Source: a virus (taxonomy: Duplodnaviria; Caudoviricetes). From it: 25,049 bases of DNA. The position numbers were made by a program, and so were the translations under genes. Location: positions 1-25,049 of IMG/VR virus record IMGVR_UViG_3300020045_004730; one strand, written 5' to 3'. The notes under the pieces were generated by a model. That model was not told where the DNA came from and did not search any database. It saw only the letters and a program-made list of their open reading frames with translations. Below are positions 17,189-25,049 of this stretch, piece after piece. The stretch's first letter is position 1. Every line of letters starts with the position of its first letter.

Positions 17189-17416
17189 TTATAATTTTTG
17201 TATTTCTAATTTTACTTCCTCCCAATAAGTATTATCTTCACTTATTGCATATAAAGTTTCATCAACTGCAATAGTAGCACATTGTTTTGCTGCTAACAAT
17301 TCCATTTTAAAAATTAAATCTTTACTCTCATCACAAGAAGTTAGCTTTGTATCTTTAAACGGCATACATAAATAAAAACTATGTACTAAATATTGCGCTT
17401 TTTCTTTCGGTGTCAT
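17189..17416 (-). CDS. hypothetical phage protein (MTPKEKA...YWEEVKLEIQKL)
   Basis: ORF track; its stop abuts the HTH start. Confidence 0.8.
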   Translation of the reverse strand: MTPKEKAQYLVHSFYLCMPFKDTKLTSCDESKDLIFKMELLAAKQCATIAVDETLYAISEDNTYWEEVKLEIQKL

Positions 17417-17429
17417 AACTACTTTTTCA

Positions 17430-17437
17430 CAAATTTA
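17430..17437 (-). promoter_or_regulatory. -7 promoter element for the leftward cassette
   Basis: TAAATTTG on the minus strand, 13 nt upstream of the 17416 start; no canonical -33 element. Confidence 0.5.
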
Positions 17438-17499
17438 CAAAAAAGATAACAATAATTATCATAAAAGTACATAAAAAATTATCAAACATTATTTTATAA

Positions 17500-17507
17500 T
17501 AATTTTG
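17500..17507 (+). promoter_or_regulatory. -7 promoter element for the head operon
   Basis: TAATTTTG ends 4 nt before the ATG at 17512; lies in a divergent intergenic region. Confidence 0.5.
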
Positions 17508-17511
17508 AAGT

Positions 17512-18465
17512 ATGAAAAGATACGAAATTTTTTTAGACGAAACAAAAGAACACTTTACAACGGCACTTGTAAAAGACCCGGCAGTTGAGCAAACTCTTTT
17601 ATACTTCAATTCTGAAAAGCCATTACTATTTTTTAACGATGAAAAAAGAGTAATCTATTCAATCGCAATGCGACCTAATAAGTTAATTTTTAGAAAGGAC
17701 GTTAATGGCGAACCGGGCGAAGTTTTTTATTCAAAAGAAACAGTTGAGAAATTTCAACAAAATTATTTTAAGTTCAACGGTCAAAACAAAACCAACATAA
17801 ACCATTCAGACGAAAAGATACAAGGAGTTTATCCTTTTGAATCTTGGATAGTAATGGATGCCGAAATTGATAAATCAAAAGTTTTAGGATTGAATACTCA
17901 AAACGATGATTTAGTAATGGGTTTTAAAGTTGAGAATGACCAAGTTTGGAATGATTGCAAAAATGGAAACATCGACGGACTTTCTATTGAAGCACATTTC
18001 AACAACGAATTAAGAGAACAAAAACCAATTATAAAAATGAGTAAACTAGAAAAAGTAATCGAAGCAATTAAAACAGTTTTCGCTTCTGATGTTGACCCTG
18101 AAAAAGAAAAAACACCAGAGGAAATTGCAGCAGAAGAAAAAGCCAAAGAGGAAGAAATGGCAGTTGATCCACAGGTTGAAATCGAAGTTGAAAAACCAAA
18201 CGATTTAGAAGCCGAAAACGAACAGTTAAAAGCAAAGGTCGCAGAACTTGAAGCAAAATTAGCAGAGTACGAAGCTGACAAAGTAAAATCTGAAACGGAA
18301 TTAGAAACGATGAAATCTGAAAAGGATGTAATTGCGGCAGCTTTTGAAAAGTTCAAATCTGAAACACCGGCAGCACAACCGATTAGACACGTTCCAATTG
18401 AAGTTGAAAAGACTTATGAGCAAATGACTAATTTAGAAAAACTTAAATTTAATAGAGAAAATTAA
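17512..18465 (+). CDS. prohead protease (XkdF-like) fused to a scaffold-like coiled-coil domain
   Basis: ALVKDPAVE, MRPNKLIFR, TNINH, ESWIV and IDGLSIE motifs; acidic coiled-coil C-terminal half; upstream of the capsid gene. Confidence 0.85.
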   Translation: MKRYEIFLDETKEHFTTALVKDPAVEQTLLYFNSEKPLLFFNDEKRVIYSIAMRPNKLIFRKDVNGEPGEVFYSKETVEKFQQNYFKFNGQNKTNINHSDEKIQGVYPFESWIVMDAEIDKSKVLGLNTQNDDLVMGFKVENDQVWNDCKNGNIDGLSIEAHFNNELREQKPIIKMSKLEKVIEAIKTVFASDVDPEKEKTPEEIAAEEKAKEEEMAVDPQVEIEVEKPNDLEAENEQLKAKVAELEAKLAEYEADKVKSETELETMKSEKDVIAAAFEKFKSETPAAQPIRHVPIEVEKTYEQMTNLEKLKFNREN

Positions 18466-18466
18466 A

Positions 18467-18667
18467 ATGGCAAAGAAAACAGTAAATTCAGAATTTGTAA
18501 ATCCATTTGAAGCAGGAGTTTCTTATGTCGATTTTAAAAAAGCTATTCCAGAGGGTACTTCAGTAGAAGATTATTGCAAAGGTAATTTATCCAATGAAGA
18601 AACTAATTGGATTGTAAGCGAATTAAAGAGTTTCGATTTAAACAATAAAACTAACCAAGAAAAATAA
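18467..18667 (+). CDS. small head-module protein
   Basis: ORF track; tightly packed between the protease and capsid genes. Confidence 0.75.
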   Translation: MAKKTVNSEFVNPFEAGVSYVDFKKAIPEGTSVEDYCKGNLSNEETNWIVSELKSFDLNNKTNQEK

Positions 18668-18673
18668 AACAAG

Positions 18674-19708
18674 ATGGCAGTAACATTTACAGGTACTAAA
18701 ACGGCTCAATCTGAATATCCAGAGATTATTCAAGAAATATATGCCGATTCTCCAACATTCAGAGGGGAAACAATCGAAGTTGTCGAAGGACATAAATCAG
18801 GTATGGATATTTACGAAAGTTCCGCAGAGGTTACTTTTACAGCCGCTAACTACGGACAAGTAACAGCCGACAACGTAGCTTTGAAAACTCAAAAATCTAC
18901 AGTAAACCTAAAAACATTTAATGTTGAGGGTATTGTTGACGAGAGTTCTTTGTTAGGCACTCGCTTCCAAAAATCAATGGCAGCCGGAGCTTACAATGTA
19001 ATATCTGACGAGTTCGACAAAAAGGTATTAATCCAAGTGCAGCCGGCTACAGGTGCAAAACTTGAATCTTGGGTGTGGGATGGCGCAACCGCAGCTACAA
19101 AAGCAGCTATTGCCGCATTAGTTCCGGGCGCAGGACAAGGCGCAGTTTCAGCAAGCGCACAAACATTAGTAGCAGCAATGCCAACTACTTTGTTTGATTC
19201 TGTTCCTGCGACAATGATTTACAACGATTCTCAATCCAAAGCCGTTCCGGGTGCAGGATTAGGGGATTACAAAAAAGTATTGTCGATTGCAACCGTTACT
19301 TCCGCTTCAATCGTTGCAGAGTACGTAAAAATTTACAACACTATCCCAGACGATATTCTTGTAAAAACAGGTGATGAAGCTCCAGTAATTTATGCGCCTA
19401 AAGGTGATTATAAATTAATCAAAGCGGCTAACCGTGTACAAGGCGCAGCGTTGCAAGAAAACTTTGTAGGAACTTCTTTTAACGATATGTATTTTAACGA
19501 TGTTAGAATCATTTTCGTTGATTTGGTTGATTTCGTAATTGCTGCTCAAAAATATAACTTAAAATTAGTTATGGATTTATTGAGTGATTCTTCTCAATTA
19601 ATCATCGAAAAAGAAGCTAATGCATCTACTCGAAGAATCTTGAAACTAATCAACTCAATGACTACTTGGGTTGTGAAGCAAAAATGGAACGTCCTTTATA
19701 ACGGATAA
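18674..19708 (+). CDS. major capsid protein
   Basis: 344 aa, follows the protease/scaffold gene, is followed by a strong terminator, and has a WVWDG motif at an HK97-fold-like position. Confidence 0.75.
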   Translation: MAVTFTGTKTAQSEYPEIIQEIYADSPTFRGETIEVVEGHKSGMDIYESSAEVTFTAANYGQVTADNVALKTQKSTVNLKTFNVEGIVDESSLLGTRFQKSMAAGAYNVISDEFDKKVLIQVQPATGAKLESWVWDGATAATKAAIAALVPGAGQGAVSASAQTLVAAMPTTLFDSVPATMIYNDSQSKAVPGAGLGDYKKVLSIATVTSASIVAEYVKIYNTIPDDILVKTGDEAPVIYAPKGDYKLIKAANRVQGAALQENFVGTSFNDMYFNDVRIIFVDLVDFVIAAQKYNLKLVMDLLSDSSQLIIEKEANASTRRILKLINSMTTWVVKQKWNVLYNG

Positions 19709-19730
19709 TCTAAAAAGATTCTAAATAACT

Positions 19731-19756
19731 AACCCTCTCGTTTGAGGGGGTTTTTT
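19731..19756 (+). terminator. intrinsic terminator after the capsid gene
   Basis: AACCCTCTC-GTTT-GAGGGGGTT stem-loop followed by a T-run. Confidence 0.8.
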
Positions 19757-19770
19757 AATACAAAAAGTTT

Positions 19771-20073
19771 ATGCCACGAATTAATTTAGGACTTCTTAAT
19801 TGTTTGCCAGAAAATAAATTGCCTATCGGTTATAAAAAACCATTAGTAAACACTTTCCCAGCCTACAACTCAATTGAAAAATTAACATTGACTGTTTTAA
19901 AATCTGACGTAAAAAAGCCGATGGTTGATATTGTAAACTGTTTAAAAAAACAAATTAATTCTTTAGTTGAAAAAAGAACCAATATAGAAACATTTGGGGT
20001 TTTTAAAAACGTTTCAGAAAATGCAACTTCCTATATTTGTGAAGTTGATTTATACATTAAAAATTTAACTTAA
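19771..20073 (+). CDS. hypothetical virion-module protein (100 aa)
   Basis: ORF track; genomic context. Confidence 0.65.
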   Translation: MPRINLGLLNCLPENKLPIGYKKPLVNTFPAYNSIEKLTLTVLKSDVKKPMVDIVNCLKKQINSLVEKRTNIETFGVFKNVSENATSYICEVDLYIKNLT

Positions 20074-20085
20074 AAAATAAAAGAT

Positions 20086-20607
20086 ATGTCTTGTGGAACC
20101 ACGCTAACAGCATCGAGAAAAAAAACAGGCTTTATTAAGCCAAAAGGTTACAAAGCCATTAGTTTTGCTATTTGGGATGGTGCTAATATTATTCAAAACA
20201 CAGCAACAGGCGTAATTGCTTTACCTGCTGGAATCACTAACGTTTACCGTTTTGAGGTAAAAAATACAGCCGACAACTTCATTGAAACAGCAACAAAAGA
20301 TCCTGTTACAATGACAGGAAATAAAGCAGGAGTTGGAACTTTTGCTTTGATGTATTGCGAAAGAATCAAGAATCTAGCTGACGCACAAGCTTTATTGGAC
20401 GGTGTTTTCAATGTGTTTTTCGAACACAATGACGGACAAATTACAGTAGCTGGAGCGGTTAATGGCGGAGAAATAATTACAGTTGTAGAAAGCACAGACG
20501 CACAAGGTTTTATGTTTACATTAAATACTTTCGAACCTGCTTTTGCTTATACTTTGGCTGCCGCAGGAGTAACAGCATATAATGCCCTTGTAGCAACTTA
20601 TGCCTAA
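20086..20607 (+). CDS. putative major tail tube protein
   Basis: 173 aa, MSC start, VFFEHNDGQITVAGAVNG and GFMFTL...EP pattern of Bacteroidota siphovirus tail tubes. Confidence 0.65.
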   Translation: MSCGTTLTASRKKTGFIKPKGYKAISFAIWDGANIIQNTATGVIALPAGITNVYRFEVKNTADNFIETATKDPVTMTGNKAGVGTFALMYCERIKNLADAQALLDGVFNVFFEHNDGQITVAGAVNGGEIITVVESTDAQGFMFTLNTFEPAFAYTLAAAGVTAYNALVATYA

Positions 20608-20933
20608 TGAAAGTTTTAAAATTAAATACACCTTTTGAAATTAGCGCAGTTCCAAGAATTGCGCTTGTTTCATCGGATGTTTTGATTTTTACAGCGAGAA
20701 ACGAAAACACCAATGCTAGTTTTAATTACACGCTGGATTGGTCTATTGTAAGTGGACGTTTGAATTTTGAACTTCCAAATACTAATCCTGATTTTATCGC
20801 TGGAAACAAATACGAAATTTTTATCAAACGAATAGACAATTTCGTCTATCGTGGTAAAATGATTATAGTGAAAGAAGATACTGACATTCAAAACTACACA
20901 CCATCGAAACAAACGACACCCAGATTTCTTTAA
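20607..20933 (+). CDS. hypothetical structural protein (beta-rich, possible head closure)
   Basis: ORF track; VYRGKM motif; coupled to the portal gene. Confidence 0.55.
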   Translation: MKVLKLNTPFEISAVPRIALVSSDVLIFTARNENTNASFNYTLDWSIVSGRLNFELPNTNPDFIAGNKYEIFIKRIDNFVYRGKMIIVKEDTDIQNYTPSKQTTPRFL

Positions 20934-21991
20934 TGACATTTTCGGCTTATATGCCGTCAATTAAAGAAATACAAATAGGCACTAAATATGTTCTAAATGG
21001 TTTAAACAACGACAATTATAAGCTCTTTGCAGATGCTTATGATGATTCTGTGACTAATTCCGCTTGTATAAATGACATTTCAAACCTGATTAAAGGCGAA
21101 GGATTGATAAATGCTAATGGTGGTAAAAGTCCGTCGAGCATTATTTCAGATGATGACTGGGGATTGATTGTTTTGGACTATAAAAAACAAGGACAAACCG
21201 CTTTACAAGTTATTTGGTATAGCGGAAAGCCTGTAAAAATTTATCATATTCCTTTAGAAAATACTGGATTAAACGTCGACGAATCAGGAATGAAAATTGA
21301 CGGATACTGGTATTGCTATGACTGGAAAAAACAATGGAAATACAAACCTGTTTTTTATCCTAAATTTAGTGCAGACAATCCAGAGAATAAAACTCAAATG
21401 TTGGTTATTAAAAGACCGTCAAACGAACCGTTATTCGCAAGACCCGACTGGTTTCCTGCATTACGTTGGGCGCAAGATGAGGGTTTAATGGCGCAACATT
21501 CTTATAATGATGTTGCTACTGGTTTTTCGGGGCAAAAGGTTGTAAATTGGGCGGGTGGAAGAGGTCTTACCGATGTTCAAAAAGAAGCTACAAAACAAGA
21601 AATTAAAGATAAATTTTCTGGAATAGACGGACAACGATTAATTGTTTCAATAAATAACTCACCAGAAAACGCAGTCGTTGTTGACAATATCGACCCGCCA
21701 AATGTAAACGCTACTTATGTAAATTACACCGAAGAAGCGGAAAGAAAAATTTTGATTGCACATTCCTATCCGTCTATTTTATTGGCTGGATCAAAAACAG
21801 GATTTTCTTCAAATGCAGATGAAATAGCTGTTGCAACTAAATCAGTATTCCGTAGAGTAATTAATCCAGCAAGAAAAACTTTATTATCTCCATTGCAGGA
21901 AATAATCGATTTGACAGGAGATAGAATTGTTTTAGATGTTCAGGATTTTGAAAGCGAGGAATTAGACAATAATACAACCGAAACAAAATGA
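20933..21991 (+). CDS. portal protein
   Basis: NGLNNDNY...SVTNSACI, KILIAHSYPSILL, GFSSNADEI and VINPAR match portal-type motifs. Confidence 0.8.
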   Translation: MTFSAYMPSIKEIQIGTKYVLNGLNNDNYKLFADAYDDSVTNSACINDISNLIKGEGLINANGGKSPSSIISDDDWGLIVLDYKKQGQTALQVIWYSGKPVKIYHIPLENTGLNVDESGMKIDGYWYCYDWKKQWKYKPVFYPKFSADNPENKTQMLVIKRPSNEPLFARPDWFPALRWAQDEGLMAQHSYNDVATGFSGQKVVNWAGGRGLTDVQKEATKQEIKDKFSGIDGQRLIVSINNSPENAVVVDNIDPPNVNATYVNYTEEAERKILIAHSYPSILLAGSKTGFSSNADEIAVATKSVFRRVINPARKTLLSPLQEIIDLTGDRIVLDVQDFESEELDNNTTETK

Positions 21992-22470
21992 GTACAATTA
22001 AATTAATGATAGAGGCTAGCGATGTCGTAGAGCGTACTACTTTTGATGGAAATATCGATGTTGATAATATGAAACCTATAATTTTTATAGCTCAAACAAC
22101 TCACTTAAAAGCGTTCTTGGGTTTGAAATTATATACAAAAATTTATACTGATTTTGCAGCTGAACCACAAACATTAGCAGGGGAATATTTGATTATTTTT
22201 GAGGAATTTATAAAAGACATTTTAGCTTACTATACAGCTAGTGTTTTTGTTGATTTTGGAGGTTATAAAGTTACTGAAAACGGTTTGCATAAAATAGCTG
22301 GCGAAAACATGACTTCACTTTCTGAAACTGAAACTGAAACTTTGTCATTAAAATTCACTAAATTAGTTGCAAATGTAGAAGCTAATTTTAAAGAATATAT
22401 TTCAGATAAAAATATTCCTGAATTAGTTGGCGAAACTATTAATGTTCAAACTGATTTTCCATGGCTATAA
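21988..22470 (+). CDS. putative head-tail adaptor
   Basis: Helical 160-aa protein after the portal; GNIDVD...AQ...LGLKLY motif. Confidence 0.6.
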   Translation: MSTIKLMIEASDVVERTTFDGNIDVDNMKPIIFIAQTTHLKAFLGLKLYTKIYTDFAAEPQTLAGEYLIIFEEFIKDILAYYTASVFVDFGGYKVTENGLHKIAGENMTSLSETETETLSLKFTKLVANVEANFKEYISDKNIPELVGETINVQTDFPWL

Positions 22471-23267
22471 TTCAAGTAGTAAATGTTTCAACTCCAAATG
22501 ATGGTTTAGGCGATCCGTTAAGGGTTTCGCAGGTCAAGGCGAACGACAACTTTTCAGAACTTAATGCAAAAAAAGTTGAAGTTGTTGCTGGTTTTGATTT
22601 GTCGGAGAATAATTTTACGGATGCTGAAAAAACAAAATTAGCAGGAATTGAAACAGGCGCACAAGTCAATGTTCGTGGTAATATGCAACAGCAAGACCCT
22701 GATGCACCCGATTATATTTTAGGAAAGCCGACAAGTGGGAATATCGTTGCTTATGGAACTTATGCGCTGGTAGGTCAAAATTTAACTATTTTTGCAGGTT
22801 GGATTTGGAAGATAAACGATGTATTATACGCCAATTCAACTGACATTGTAATTAATTTTCCTTATGCTGCAACTGGATTACAGCGATTGGATGCAGTTGT
22901 TTTTGACACTTTAAATTCTGCACAGCGTGTTGATGGCGACGAGGTTGTAAGTTCTCCAACTGTCCCGTTGCTGATTCCTGATTCTATATTGTTTTCTATT
23001 TCTTTAATTACTGATAGCTCGGTAGGTTCGCCATCAGTTCCAACTGCTACTGGACAAGATACATTGCGATTTGTTGGGGCAGGACAAACATATACTTTAC
23101 CCGCAGGATATACAGCTACAAAAGGCTGGATAAACAACGGAGTTCAATTTAAAGAAAAAACAGGCTTTGAATCAGATCTAAATACATTTACACAATCTGG
23201 AACTACTTTTACATTTAAAGCTACCGTTCCAACAGGTGCAAGAGTAAATATTGATTGCTACTTTTAA
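22461..23267 (+). CDS. fibre/baseplate-like virion protein
   Basis: N-terminus VNVSTPNDGLGDPLR...KANDNFSEL resembles the T4 gp9/gp10 N-terminus; LSENNFTDAEKTKLAGIETGAQVN is a common fibre segment. Confidence 0.65.
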   Translation: MAIIQVVNVSTPNDGLGDPLRVSQVKANDNFSELNAKKVEVVAGFDLSENNFTDAEKTKLAGIETGAQVNVRGNMQQQDPDAPDYILGKPTSGNIVAYGTYALVGQNLTIFAGWIWKINDVLYANSTDIVINFPYAATGLQRLDAVVFDTLNSAQRVDGDEVVSSPTVPLLIPDSILFSISLITDSSVGSPSVPTATGQDTLRFVGAGQTYTLPAGYTATKGWINNGVQFKEKTGFESDLNTFTQSGTTFTFKATVPTGARVNIDCYF

Positions 23268-23289
23268 TTCATTCTAATTCCAAATAAGC

Positions 23290-23319
23290 AACACTCTCAT
23301 AATTGGGGGTGTTTTTTTT
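23290..23319 (+). terminator. intrinsic terminator ending the structural operon
   Basis: AACACTCTC-ATAATT-GGGGGTGTT hairpin (2 G-U pairs) running into T8. Confidence 0.75.
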
Positions 23320-23325
23320 GTTTAA

Positions 23326-23360
23326 AAGTATTCTTATATTAAAAAGAATGCTTATATTTG
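23326..23360 (+). promoter_or_regulatory. promoter with an overlapping palindromic operator candidate
   Basis: TATATTTG at 23353-23360; inverted repeat AAGTATTCTT (23326-23335) / AAGAATGCTT (23344-23353), 9 of 10 complementary. Confidence 0.55.
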
Positions 23361-23391
23361 CCGTTATAAACTTTAAAAAAATATAGGAATT

Positions 23392-23523
23392 ATGTGGGAA
23401 AGAGAAGATAAATACCGAGAAAGAATGGCTTGCATTAGAAAAACACCTGTTACTTTTGAAACGGGTAGAGAAGCAAGAAGAAGAATTAGAAAACAAAATC
23501 GAAAAAAAAACAAACTCAAATAA
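23392..23523 (+). CDS. small basic protein (43 aa, MWEREDKYRERM...KKNKLK), not in the ORF track
   Basis: AATTATG start just after the promoter; stop ends 1 nt before the next ATG. Confidence 0.55.
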   Translation: MWEREDKYRERMACIRKTPVTFETGREARRRIRKQNRKKNKLK

Positions 23524-23524
23524 A

Positions 23525-23650
23525 ATGGGAAGAAAAAAAGTAAATACAGTAAAAATAACCGTTTCCTTGCACCCATCGCTTGTAAAAGAAGTCAGGGAAT
23601 ACGCAAAACAAAGAACAATTGAACAACTAAAAAAAGAAGAGAAATTATGA
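23525..23650 (+). CDS. small putative ribbon-helix-helix-like DNA-binding protein (41 aa)
   Basis: MGRKKVNTVKITVSLHPSLVKEVREYA shows a strand followed by a helix; ATG at 23525 preferred over TTG at 23456. Confidence 0.55.
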   Translation: MGRKKVNTVKITVSLHPSLVKEVREYAKQRTIEQLKKEEKL

Positions 23651-24423
23651 AACCAAGTATTGAAGAAGTTAAGGAGTATTTTAAGGATGCGGAAACTGCA
23701 GAAGACTGGTCAGGGACTAAAAACAAAGTGACTTTAGAAAGACTAGAAATAACAGAATTGGGCGATGTTATTCAGGATACTTTTGGAGAGGACTGGTTAG
23801 TGTTGTTTTGTGCTAAAAAAGGCTACGCAAAAATCCTAACCTACAAAACTCCTAAATTCGAGATTACGAAGGAGCAGATATGGGATATAGATAATTTCGG
23901 ATATTCAAAAGTCCGTGAATGGTTTCCAGAGGTTTTTAAAAAGGAGTTGGTTGTTGGGAAGTGGTATAAATGGATTGACGGAAGCACAACTGTTAAAATT
24001 CGTATAACTGAAATTGACAGTGAAAACTTCATAATTAAAGCTTATGGCTTTACAAATGATGTGTACGTTTCAGAAGGAGTTTTTTATAGAAATCCAGTTA
24101 ATTTTAGAGATGCTATTTCAAACTTTAATGAGATGGATTCTCAAGAAGTCGAATCCGCTTTGATTGGGGAGGCGAAGAAACGTTACGAAAACAAAGTAAT
24201 AAATCCACTTAACGAACACATTATGACTAAATATAATGGAAGCGGAGTTAAATTAAACTTTGAAAAACATAGTTTTGACAACTATAATAGGTTGTGGATT
24301 GATTGCGGAAACTGGAACGCAATTGTATTTGAAGATGGCATCTGGGCAGAAATTATCCATCCAAAAAAAATGACACAATCCGAAATTGAAAAAGAATTAG
24401 GATATAAAATTGAGATAGTATGA
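23647..24423 (+). CDS. hypothetical phage protein (258 aa)
   Basis: ORF track; ATGA overlaps on both sides. Confidence 0.8.
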   Translation: MKPSIEEVKEYFKDAETAEDWSGTKNKVTLERLEITELGDVIQDTFGEDWLVLFCAKKGYAKILTYKTPKFEITKEQIWDIDNFGYSKVREWFPEVFKKELVVGKWYKWIDGSTTVKIRITEIDSENFIIKAYGFTNDVYVSEGVFYRNPVNFRDAISNFNEMDSQEVESALIGEAKKRYENKVINPLNEHIMTKYNGSGVKLNFEKHSFDNYNRLWIDCGNWNAIVFEDGIWAEIIHPKKMTQSEIEKELGYKIEIV

Positions 24424-24899
24424 AAAATTTAATTGGAAATACATCATTTGGCAATTACTTAAACACGCTGGAAATTGATAATTGCGAATATAGAATCAGG
24501 AGAAATAAATTTGACATATTCCTCTCTCTAAAACTTGAAATTTGGCAATTCGTGCCGTGTAAGTTGGTTGACGGGGTTTGGATGGTTTTGAGTAAACCAA
24601 AGGGTTATGATTCTTATATAAACTGGGAAGTCTTCAACCCTCCTTTTGAAGAATACAAACAAGCAAAAGAAAGATGTTTATTTGAGGGGTTTGAATTAAA
24701 TCAAAAAGATGTTTCTAAATTAAAAAACATAATTTGTATAACTAAAAACAAAATACAAATAACTTTCTTTAAAAAAGAAAACGGTATTTTTTTAGATGAT
24801 TTAACAACAAACGAAACTTTTGAAACTAGAAGAATCGAAGGCCTCGTTCCGCACAATCTTGAACTAACCCCAACAGCTCTAAAACAACTCGGATTATGA
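24420..24899 (+). CDS. hypothetical phage protein (159 aa)
   Basis: ORF track; ATGA overlaps. Confidence 0.8.
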   Translation: MKNLIGNTSFGNYLNTLEIDNCEYRIRRNKFDIFLSLKLEIWQFVPCKLVDGVWMVLSKPKGYDSYINWEVFNPPFEEYKQAKERCLFEGFELNQKDVSKLKNIICITKNKIQITFFKKENGIFLDDLTTNETFETRRIEGLVPHNLELTPTALKQLGL

Positions 24900-25049
24900 A
24901 AGACCTAAAAGAAATAGTATCAGAAATAAAAGGCTATCCCGTAACAATGGAAGAAGCCTTGAAAATGGCAGAAAATAACTTCGGGCAAATATATGCTTGG
25001 GTTAAGGCTGATGTGGTGAAAAAATTGTTGGAAGAGAAAGTAATTAGTA
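24896..25049 (+). CDS. hypothetical protein, 3'-truncated (MKDLKEIVSEIKGYP...)
   Basis: ATGA overlap at 24896; frame stays open to the window end. Confidence 0.65.
   Translation, partial: MKDLKEIVSEIKGYPVTMEEALKMAENNFGQIYAWVKADVVKKLLEEKVIS

Larger units (their letters stand above)
1..25049. mobile_element. segment of a siphovirus-like Bacteroidota phage or prophage
   Basis: Terminase, portal, capsid, tape measure and replication genes; no sheath gene and no host housekeeping genes in the window. Confidence 0.93.

Noticed and set aside
17427-17609. Minus-strand 60-aa ORF and similar ORFs at 23269-23576
   Set aside because: They span promoter or terminator regions and overlap better-supported plus-strand genes.
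21297-21488. Alternative-frame plus-strand ORF inside the portal gene
   Set aside because: No recognisable features such as a spanin lipobox; likely a chance ORF.
22322-22340. (CTGAAA)3 microrepeat encoding SETETET
   Set aside because: Short and in-frame, with no sign of phase variation.
1-25049. tRNA genes, introns/inteins, diversity-generating retroelement, integrase/att sites
   Set aside because: I saw no cloverleaf, interrupted core gene, reverse transcriptase, long near-identical repeat pair or recombinase. Lifestyle (temperate or lytic) cannot be determined from this window.

Overview
This window is an AT-rich (roughly one-third GC) tailed dsDNA phage or prophage segment. The host is most likely a Bacteroidota (Flavobacterium-like) bacterium, judged from TTG-N19-TAnnTTTG promoters and A-rich AATTATG translation starts without Shine-Dalgarno sites. 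From left to right it carries: a 5'-truncated C5-cytosine DNA methyltransferase; a replication module (PD-(D/E)XK protein, BT4734/VirE-N-like primase, P-loop helicase, iteron-rich candidate origin, SF2 helicase fused to a VRR-NUC-like nuclease); small genes; terS/terL; a tail module (probable frameshifted chaperone, two paralogous neck proteins, tail proteins, tape measure); an inverted HTH cassette; a head module (protease-scaffold, capsid, tail tube, portal, adaptor, fibre-like protein); and the start of an early-type operon. The most notable observations are: (1) a two-hairpin kissing-loop RNA leader in front of the replication operon; (2) 24 GGCC sites in the 5 kb replication module against 1 in the other 20 kb; (3) a hidden start-less -1 frame ORF implying programmed frameshifting; (4) a candidate G-U-rich small RNA whose 5' end is antisense to the generic translation start. 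Product calls come from motif recognition only, motif counts were done by eye, and no database searches were run.
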